A stretch of DNA of 64,000 nt from Clostridia bacterium (GTDB taxonomy: Bacteria > Bacillota > Clostridia > Christensenellales > UBA1242). Positions 54,700-62,653 of the stretch are shown here, in pieces (within the stretch, counting starts at the first letter, position 1; every line of letters starts with the position of its first letter). A model generated the notes under the pieces. It was not told the DNA's origin and ran no database searches. It worked only from the letters and a program-made list of their open reading frames with translations. Location: assembly GCA_045639255.1 (NCBI GenBank), contig JAZUCT010000011.1:14357-78356 (forward strand), read 5' to 3'. The position numbers and the translations under genes were made by a program.

Positions 54700-55488
54700 A
54701 TGCATTATATTGATATAATTCTTCTTGTTATTATTTTAATTTTTGCAATAGTTGGCTTAAAAAATGGTTTTGTTGATGCAATTCTTTCACTTTTTGGAAC
54801 AGTGGTTTCAATTGTGCTTGCGTTCTTTGCATCAAAACCTTTTGCTGGGTTCTTGCAACAATGCTTTAAAATTAACGAGTTTTTAACACAAAATATTTAT
54901 AATATGTTGGTGCGTTGGCACGCATCGTTTGGCGAAGCAGTAACATCTGCCGTAACAGGCAGTCAGGCAATTTCAGCATCTGGCATAAGCGAATGGCAAC
55001 AAACAATTTTAAAACTTATTGTGGGCGAATGTGCAATTGAAACTGGCACAGCACCAGCAACTGTGTTTGCAAACATAATTGCCCCAACTGCGCTTATTGT
55101 TATTGCTGGCATTCTTGCATTTTTCCTTATTAAACTTGCAGTTTGGTTGCTTACAAAACTGTTCGATGCACTTAAAAGAAATGGTGCAGTTAATGCATTC
55201 GATAAAGTTCTTGGTGTTCTTTTGGGCGCTGTTAAAGGTGCATTGTTCATCTGCATTTTAATGGGCATAACAATTTTTATTCCTAACGATAAAATTATTC
55301 AAGAAATTGATAAAACTTCAATAACCAAAGTTGTTTACACACCTGTTACAGATTTCATTCGTGTTAACATTGCCGATAAACTTAACGAATGGGCCAATGA
55401 TATTGTTAACAAAGGTAACGATGATGGTGGAACGCAAGAAACTTCTTACACAATTGTTGTTCCGCAAGATAGCGTTATTAACAATTAA
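54700..55488 (+). CDS. cvpA: CvpA-family membrane protein
   Basis: Start at ATG 54700, 6 nt after GGGGGAA (the ORF is also open from 54694). The N-terminal IDIILLVIILIFAIVGLKNGF fits the CvpA pattern. About 4-5 TM helices. Confidence 0.65.
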   Translation: MHYIDIILLVIILIFAIVGLKNGFVDAILSLFGTVVSIVLAFFASKPFAGFLQQCFKINEFLTQNIYNMLVRWHASFGEAVTSAVTGSQAISASGISEWQQTILKLIVGECAIETGTAPATVFANIIAPTALIVIAGILAFFLIKLAVWLLTKLFDALKRNGAVNAFDKVLGVLLGAVKGALFICILMGITIFIPNDKIIQEIDKTSITKVVYTPVTDFIRVNIADKLNEWANDIVNKGNDDGGTQETSYTIVVPQDSVINN

Positions 55489-55638
55489 AAATTTAAAAAG
55501 CACACCTTTAAGTGTGTTTTTTTGTTAATTATTTAAGAAAAAACTGCTTAAAAACAAGTCGTATAATTTATTATTTGTTTGTTATTTAGGTTATTTTGTG
55601 ATAAACTATGAATAATAAAGTTTTTTAAGGAGTTATTT

Positions 55639-58311
55639 ATGAGATTTATACCCAAGAAAACAAAAGTAAAAATGGAACTTGTTAGGAATGTTTCGTTTTT
55701 GGATATTTTCATTGCGTTGTTTGTTATTGCAGTAAGTGTTTTAATTGCAACAAGTAACTTCTGGCCAAATAACAACAATGAAATTTATATTGCACTTGCA
55801 TTTTTAAGTTTTGGTGTTGTTTCACTTTTGCCTATGGAAGATGGGGTTCGAACTTATAAATCCATTGTTATATTGTTTCAATATGCTGCATACAGAAAGC
55901 ACTTTAAAAAAGATGCTGTTATTTCAAAATCGAAAGCAGTTGATATTAAAGAAATTGTGCCATATGAAAGCATTGAACGCGATATGTATATTAACTATAA
56001 AGAATATTATGCACAAGTTATTGAAGTTTTTCCGCTGGAATTTGGCTTGTTGGAAGAAGATAAGCAAAACGGCATGATTAACACATTTGCCAATGCTTTA
56101 AAAAGGTTGGGAAATGGCCAAAGCGGAAGTTTGGTTAAAATTAACAAGGCAATGATTCTTGATGATTTTATTCAATATGAAGATGATAAATATGAAGCCG
56201 TTTTAAGAATGCAAGAAGAAGGCCAAATGGGTGAACGCGAAGTTGAAGCTCGTGCACCAGTGTTTGAAGGCCGTGTTGCACACCTTGAAGAATTTAACCG
56301 TGATAATAAAATTTATAAAGACCATTTCTATATTGTTGTTTACGATAAAGAAATGAATTCGCTTAACGATACAGTTGAAGGTATGATGAGTGATTTAAGG
56401 CGTTCAGTAACACCGCTTAATTGCAGGCGTTGCACCGGAAAAGACCTTGCTGTGTTTTTAAGAAGTAACTATTCAAAAGAATTTGATGAACGCGAACTTG
56501 ATTTAATAACCAGAAACGAATATTGTGATTGGGCAACACCAAACAGTGTGGATTTTAAAGTTAACTCTGTAACTGTTGACGGCCAAAGTTATGCAAACTT
56601 TTTAATAACCGACTATCCACTTAATGTTGCAAACGCATGGGGCTATCCATTTTTCAGCCAAGACAGAACAAAGGTTGTTGTTAATTTCAGCCCTATGGAT
56701 AAATATAAGGCAGAAAAACAAATTGATAACGCCATAATTGAAATGGAACTTAGGTCGAATAAAGCAATGAAATCGTCTGCCGCAATTGAAGTTCAAACTC
56801 ACCTTGACACTTTAAGAACTTTGTTAAGAGATTTAAAAACAAGCAACGAAGCATTATTTAATGTTAACACCATAATAACTTGTGAAGCCGCTGCAAGAAA
56901 AGAAATGCGTGCAGTTCTTAAACAAAATGGTTTCCGTTACACCGAACTTTTTGGAAGGCAAGTTGAAGGCTTTATAACTTCAAACATTTCAAGGCGTGAT
57001 GCACTTGAAAGCAATTTAAGGGGAATTCACACTTCAAGTTTGGCTGCAATATTCCCATTCATAAGTTCAGCATTGCAAGATGATAAAGGTTTTTATCTTG
57101 GCGATAACGAATATCCTGTGTTTGTGGATTTCTTTAAGCGTGATAACGAACGCGTTAACAGTAACATGATGATAATTGGTAAATCTGGTTCAGGTAAATC
57201 GTTTGCAACAAAAACATTGCTTACAAACCTTGCCAGCGATAATGCCAGAATTTTTATTCTGGACCCCGAAGATGAATATACCAACCTTGCACGAAATGTT
57301 TATGGAAAAATTATTGATGTTGGTTCAAGTGTTAACGGTATTTTAAATCCGTTCCATGTTATGACAAACCTTAGGGACGATGATAACGAAGATGCGGGCG
57401 ACGATTCATTTAAACAACACTTACAGTTCCTTGAACAATTCTTTAAAATAATTTTCGAAGGTATGGCATCTGACCCGTTTGAACTTTTAAACACAATTTG
57501 TGTTGAAGTGTATAAAAACAAAGGCATTGATGAAAACACCATTTTGGAAACCTTAACACCAGACGATTATCCAATATTCGATGATATGATGGCACTTGTT
57601 AGGGAAAAACTTAAAGGTGCAACCGAAGAATATTATAAGCGTAACCTTATGGTTATTGAAACATACTTGCAAAAATTCTCAACAGGTGGCCGTAACTCGA
57701 ACTTGTGGAATGGCCCAACCAGCATTGAAACAAGTGAAAACTTTGTTTCCTTTAACTTCCGTTCATTGCTTGCAAACCGAAACGATACAATTGCAAACGC
57801 GCAAATGCTTTTGGTTTTCAAATATCTTGATAACGAAATTATAAGAAATAAGGATTTTAACGATAACAACATGGGTGCCGACCCTTATAAAAGGCGTAAG
57901 ATTATTATTGCAGTTGATGAAGCGCACGTTTTCATTAACCCAAAACACCCAATTGCGCTTGACTTTATGGCGAACATGGCAAAGCGTATAAGAAAATATG
58001 ATGGAATGCAAATAATAATCACACAAAATATTAAAGACTTTGTTGGTAGCCCAGAAATTCAAAGGCAATCATCAGCAGTTATTAATGCCTGCCAATATTC
58101 AGTTATATTCTCGCTTTCACCTAACGATATAACCGACCTTGTTGAACTTTATAGGAATGCAGGTCAGATTAACGAAACCGAGCAAGATAGCATTGTTACA
58201 GCAGGCCGTGGTCAGTGTTTCTTAATAACAAGTGCGTTGTTCAGAACATCGTTCCAAATAACACCAATTCCTGTTGTTCAATATACCTTTGAAACAAAGA
58301 AAAAACGATAA
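55639..58311 (+). CDS. VirB4/TrsE-family type IV secretion ATPase fused to an N-terminal PrgI/VirB3-like membrane segment
   Basis: 890 aa. The N-terminal ~90 aa contain two TM helices. Walker A GKSGSGKS and Walker B IIIAVDEAH, with the AAA_10-type C-terminal half. AAGGAG RBS. Confidence 0.7.
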   Translation: MRFIPKKTKVKMELVRNVSFLDIFIALFVIAVSVLIATSNFWPNNNNEIYIALAFLSFGVVSLLPMEDGVRTYKSIVILFQYAAYRKHFKKDAVISKSKAVDIKEIVPYESIERDMYINYKEYYAQVIEVFPLEFGLLEEDKQNGMINTFANALKRLGNGQSGSLVKINKAMILDDFIQYEDDKYEAVLRMQEEGQMGEREVEARAPVFEGRVAHLEEFNRDNKIYKDHFYIVVYDKEMNSLNDTVEGMMSDLRRSVTPLNCRRCTGKDLAVFLRSNYSKEFDERELDLITRNEYCDWATPNSVDFKVNSVTVDGQSYANFLITDYPLNVANAWGYPFFSQDRTKVVVNFSPMDKYKAEKQIDNAIIEMELRSNKAMKSSAAIEVQTHLDTLRTLLRDLKTSNEALFNVNTIITCEAAARKEMRAVLKQNGFRYTELFGRQVEGFITSNISRRDALESNLRGIHTSSLAAIFPFISSALQDDKGFYLGDNEYPVFVDFFKRDNERVNSNMMIIGKSGSGKSFATKTLLTNLASDNARIFILDPEDEYTNLARNVYGKIIDVGSSVNGILNPFHVMTNLRDDDNEDAGDDSFKQHLQFLEQFFKIIFEGMASDPFELLNTICVEVYKNKGIDENTILETLTPDDYPIFDDMMALVREKLKGATEEYYKRNLMVIETYLQKFSTGGRNSNLWNGPTSIETSENFVSFNFRSLLANRNDTIANAQMLLVFKYLDNEIIRNKDFNDNNMGADPYKRRKIIIAVDEAHVFINPKHPIALDFMANMAKRIRKYDGMQIIITQNIKDFVGSPEIQRQSSAVINACQYSVIFSLSPNDITDLVELYRNAGQINETEQDSIVTAGRGQCFLITSALFRTSFQITPIPVVQYTFETKKKR

Positions 58312-58350
58312 TAACATAACAAAAAACAGCCTGAAAAATTGGCTGTTTTT

Positions 58351-58662
58351 TTATTTTTCTTTTTGGCATGCTCTTTTTAAATAATGTTCTTTAACATTGC
58401 TATAAAGTTCTTTAATGCTTTGAACATCGTTTTTGTTTAAATATTCTTCAAAAATTTCAACAAGTGCATTGCTTATAATTTCTGTATAATTGTTTGCATG
58501 GTGTTTAATTTCAAGCATTTTCTTAGAAATTTTTTTGCTGTAATGCCAGCTACTGCTTTTTGCATTAAAAACATAATATAAATAATTATTTAATGTTCTT
58601 AATAAATAATATTCACAACTGTTACCCAAGTTATATTCAAGAATAATATATCGATATTGCAT
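58351..58662 (-). CDS. Hypothetical protein
   Basis: 103 aa, Tyr/Asn-rich, with no motif. Bracketed by two copies of the AACAAAAAACAGCC...GGCTGTT hairpin. Confidence 0.35.
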   Translation of the reverse strand: MQYRYIILEYNLGNSCEYYLLRTLNNYLYYVFNAKSSSWHYSKKISKKMLEIKHHANNYTEIISNALVEIFEEYLNKNDVQSIKELYSNVKEHYLKRACQKEK

Positions 58663-58792
58663 AATTATATCTCCCCTTATTAATTTATTTTATAACAGCA
58701 GTATAATAAAAATCAATGCTGAATTTTTGAAAAAAATGTTAAATTTTGCCTAATTTTAGCGAAATAAAAAACAAAAAACAGCCGTTTGGCTG

Positions 58793-61700
58793 TTATTTAT
58801 ATATAATAAACTTTTCGTCAATAAAACCTTTAAGTTCGTTAATAAGATGTGGGCAATAGTTAACTGTGCCCAAACTGAATGCTTTGTTTTGAACACTGCA
58901 TTTAACCACCACAGGCACACTGCCCTTATAGTGAGCAAGAATGTCCCTTATTTTGTTTGCAAGTTCGGTGTTTGTTAAATCAAACATCAAATAAAGTTTA
59001 TCAACATGTTTTTTTGGTGTTATAAGGTCCACCTTTTCTTCTTTAATTATTTTTGAAACTTCCTTTTCGGTGCTCCAAAATTCAAGGCTATCGCCCAAAA
59101 CAACGGCTTCTTCGCCTTCTTTAATGCTGATTTTACCTTTAACGGTAACAAGGTCGTCGCCTTCAAGTTTGTTCTTATATTTTGCCCAAACATTTGGGAA
59201 CATAAGCACACTGAATGCACCATATAAATCTTCAATGGTTAACACAGCCATTTCTTTTCCGCTGGTTTTTGAGTTAAGTTTTCTTATTTCGCTAACAATT
59301 CCACCGGTGATAACAGGTTGTTCATTTTCAAGGTGTTCATAAACCTTAATTGTTTCAACATTGCTAACACTATCTTCATCAACATAATCGTCGGTGTTAT
59401 CGGTGTCGGCATCGCTTAAACTTTCAACCGGAACTTCTTCGGCAATAAACATTGTGCTGTTAACTGTGAACTGGCTTAACTTATCCTTATGTTCATCAAG
59501 TGGGTGGCCCGACATATAAAGCCCCAAAACTTCTTTTTCAAATTTAAGCCTTGATTTCATATCATAGTCGGCAATTTTTGGATATTGAACATACATATTT
59601 TGTTGGTCTTGTTCGCCCAACATATCAAAAATTGAAAATTGGCCACTTAATTGTTTTTTGCTGTCAACTTTGCAACGCTCAATAATGGTATCGTAAACAC
59701 CCATAAGTTGGCTTCGTTTTTTGCCAAAGCAATCGAACGCACCGCTGAATATGAATGCTTCAAAACACCTTTTGTTAATGGTGGTGTTAATGGTTCGTTT
59801 AACAAAATCAACAATATCTTTAAACTCGCCATTTCTTTCGCGCTCGGCAATAATTTCTTTGCAAACGCCTTCGCCAACACCTTTTAAAGCACACAAGCCA
59901 TATCTTATTTTGCCATCATCGGCATTAAAGAACACATCACTTTTGTTAATATCTGGTGGCAAAACTTCAATGCCCTGACTTCTTGCATAAGCAACATATT
60001 GCTTAACTTTATCTATGTTGGTTATGCGGTTATTCAAATATGCCGAAAGCCAATAAACCGGATAATATAACCTTAGCCAAGCAGTCATGTAAGTTATGTG
60101 CGAATATGCCGCTGCGTGCGATTTGTTAAAGGCATATTTTGCAAAATTTTCCATTTGCGAGAAAACTTTGTTTGCAACTTCTTCGCTAACGCCTTTGCTT
60201 AATGCACCGCAAATGCTGTGTTTTCCGGTTGGGTCAGAATATCCATAAATAAATTTTTGGCGTTCTTCTGCCATTTTTTCAACTTTTTTCTTACCCATAA
60301 TTCGCCTTACATTATCGGCTTGACCAAGCGAATAGCCACCCATATCTTGCACAATTTTCATAACTTGTTCTTGGTAAACAATGCAACCATAAGTAACATT
60401 TAAAATTGGCTCTAAAATTGGGTGCGCATATTCAACTTTATCGGGGTTATGTTTGTTGCGAATATAGGTTGGAAACTCTTCCATAGGGCCCGGCCTATAA
60501 AGTGAAACCGCCGCAATAATATCTTCAATGCTATCTGGTTTAAGTTCTTTAAGGTTCTTTTTAAAACCACCCGATTCAATTTGGAAAATTGTGTCGGTGT
60601 TTCCGGTGGAAATAAATTCATAAACCTTAGGGTCGTCAACCCCCAATTTTTTAAAATCAATAACCTTGCCTGTGTTTCGCTTAATCATGTTAAGGCAAAG
60701 TTCAATATCGGTTAGGTTTCTTAAACCTAAAAAGTCCATTTTCAAAAGCCCCAAACTTTCAAGTTCTGCACCAGTAAGTTGGGTGGTAACTTCATCGCCA
60801 TTTCGTTGAAGTGGAATAATGTTTGAAACATCCTCGGGTGCAATAAGCACACCGCAGGCATGAGTTGTGGTGTTTCGTGGGCAACCTTCAATTTTCGATG
60901 CAATTGTAAGCACTTTTTTAAGTGTTTCATCGCCATCATAAAGTTCACGAAGGTCAGGCAAAATATATTTTTCTTTGCCTTCTTCGCCAGATATTCCTAA
61001 ATAATATTTTAAAACTGGCGGTTTTTTAATGCCATCTGGCAATTGGCGGGGTATCATTTTTGTTATTTTATCCCTTTCAGCAAAAGGCACATTTAACACC
61101 CTTCCAACATCTTTAACCGCCGCCCTTGTTGCCATTGTTCCATAAGCAATTATGTGTGCAACATGGCTGGCTGAATATTTTCGCCTTGCATAGTCAATAA
61201 CTTCCATACGCCTATCTTTGCAAAAGTCAATATCAAAATCGGGCATTGAAACACGGTCTTTATTAATAAACCTTTCAAAGAATAAGTTATATTTAATTGG
61301 GTCAATGTCGGTTATTCCGGTAGTGTAAGCAACAATGCTTCCTGCACCAGAGCCACGGCCCGGGCCAACAGATATGCCTTGGCTTCTTGCCCAGTTAATA
61401 TAATCCCAAACCACCAAGAAATAATCCACAAACCCCAAAGTGTGAATGGTATCCAATTCATATTCAAATCTATCCCTTATTTCTTGTGTTAGGTTTGGAT
61501 ATTTTTCTTTTAAGCCATTTTCGGCAACCTTTCTTAAATATTCATAGTTTGAAGTTCCGTCTGGATTTTCATAGTGCGGAATAAAGTTTTTGTTTGCTGG
61601 CAAAATATATTCATCATCAAGCACAACATGGCATTCATCAAACGAATGACCTTTCGATTGAATAACAACATTGCATTTTTCGGCAATTTCCAAAGTTGTG

Positions 61701-62488
61701 TCAAGGCACTCGGTAAAACCAGAAAGTGCTTTTTCCATTTCTTGCCTTGTTTTGAAATAAAACTCTTCGGTTTGAAATTTTAATCTCATAGGGTCGTCAA
61801 CAGTTTTTTGCTGTTGAACACACATTAAAATATCTTGCAGTTCTGCATCTTCTTTATCAATATAATGCACATCGTTTGTTCCAACAGTTTTAACGCCAAT
61901 CTTTTTTGCAAGTGCATCAAGTTTAGGCAAAACATCAAGTTGTTCAGGAATATTGTGATTTTGAAGTTCAATATAAAAATCGCCAGGGGCAAACATATTT
62001 TTAAGGCGAAGTGCAAGTTTTTCGGCTTCGTCCCACTCATTATTCAATAACAGTTTTGGAATATCGCCCGCCAAACACGCAGAAAGGCAAATAAGCCCTT
62101 CGCTGTGTTTTTCCAGCAAATCATAATCTATGCGTGGTTTATAGTGAAAACCATCAACAAAAGCAATGGAATCAAGTTTAAATAAGTTTTTAAGCCCTGC
62201 ATTATTTTTTGCAAGCAAAACAAGGTGAGCATATTTTTGCTTACCTATTTTGTTTTTATAATCGTTAGCAACATAAAATTCGCAACCAATAATTGGTTTA
62301 ACACCTTGCACCAAACATTCGGTATAAAATTTTAAATATACATACATATTGCCATGGTCAGTTATAGCAACGGCTGGCATGTTAAGTTTTTTTGCTTTTT
62401 TAATTAAATCTTTATATCTTGCAATTCCATCAAGCAAACTGAACTCGGTGTGATTATGCAAATGCACAAAGTTTTTCTGTTGTTCCAT
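58793..62488 (-). CDS. dnaE: DNA polymerase III alpha subunit, DnaE type
   Basis: PHP domain FVHLHNHTEFSLLDG, polymerase core (PDFDIDF, GLLKMDFLGL) and a C-terminal OB fold. Start set at ATG 62488 after AAAGGAA (the ORF is open to 62521). Confidence 0.9.
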   Translation of the reverse strand: MEQQKNFVHLHNHTEFSLLDGIARYKDLIKKAKKLNMPAVAITDHGNMYVYLKFYTECLVQGVKPIIGCEFYVANDYKNKIGKQKYAHLVLLAKNNAGLKNLFKLDSIAFVDGFHYKPRIDYDLLEKHSEGLICLSACLAGDIPKLLLNNEWDEAEKLALRLKNMFAPGDFYIELQNHNIPEQLDVLPKLDALAKKIGVKTVGTNDVHYIDKEDAELQDILMCVQQQKTVDDPMRLKFQTEEFYFKTRQEMEKALSGFTECLDTTLEIAEKCNVVIQSKGHSFDECHVVLDDEYILPANKNFIPHYENPDGTSNYEYLRKVAENGLKEKYPNLTQEIRDRFEYELDTIHTLGFVDYFLVVWDYINWARSQGISVGPGRGSGAGSIVAYTTGITDIDPIKYNLFFERFINKDRVSMPDFDIDFCKDRRMEVIDYARRKYSASHVAHIIAYGTMATRAAVKDVGRVLNVPFAERDKITKMIPRQLPDGIKKPPVLKYYLGISGEEGKEKYILPDLRELYDGDETLKKVLTIASKIEGCPRNTTTHACGVLIAPEDVSNIIPLQRNGDEVTTQLTGAELESLGLLKMDFLGLRNLTDIELCLNMIKRNTGKVIDFKKLGVDDPKVYEFISTGNTDTIFQIESGGFKKNLKELKPDSIEDIIAAVSLYRPGPMEEFPTYIRNKHNPDKVEYAHPILEPILNVTYGCIVYQEQVMKIVQDMGGYSLGQADNVRRIMGKKKVEKMAEERQKFIYGYSDPTGKHSICGALSKGVSEEVANKVFSQMENFAKYAFNKSHAAAYSHITYMTAWLRLYYPVYWLSAYLNNRITNIDKVKQYVAYARSQGIEVLPPDINKSDVFFNADDGKIRYGLCALKGVGEGVCKEIIAERERNGEFKDIVDFVKRTINTTINKRCFEAFIFSGAFDCFGKKRSQLMGVYDTIIERCKVDSKKQLSGQFSIFDMLGEQDQQNMYVQYPKIADYDMKSRLKFEKEVLGLYMSGHPLDEHKDKLSQFTVNSTMFIAEEVPVESLSDADTDNTDDYVDEDSVSNVETIKVYEHLENEQPVITGGIVSEIRKLNSKTSGKEMAVLTIEDLYGAFSVLMFPNVWAKYKNKLEGDDLVTVKGKISIKEGEEAVVLGDSLEFWSTEKEVSKIIKEEKVDLITPKKHVDKLYLMFDLTNTELANKIRDILAHYKGSVPVVVKCSVQNKAFSLGTVNYCPHLINELKGFIDEKFIIYK

Positions 62489-62653
62489 TGTTGTTCCTTT
62501 TAAGTGTTTTAATTCTAGCATATTATGTGTGTTTTTGCAAAAGAAAAATTTTGGTTTTATTTATTAAATAAAATTTTAAAAATTTTATATCACAAAAAAT
62601 AATTAACAAAACTCTTATAAATAAAAAACCTTGCAATTGCAAAGTTTTTTGTT

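Noticed and set aside
55639-58311. Interpreting the VirB4-like gene as evidence of an intact conjugative element in this window
   Set aside because: No relaxase, coupling protein, VirB6-like gene, integrase or att-like boundaries are visible within at least 3 kb on either side. The flanks are core genes.
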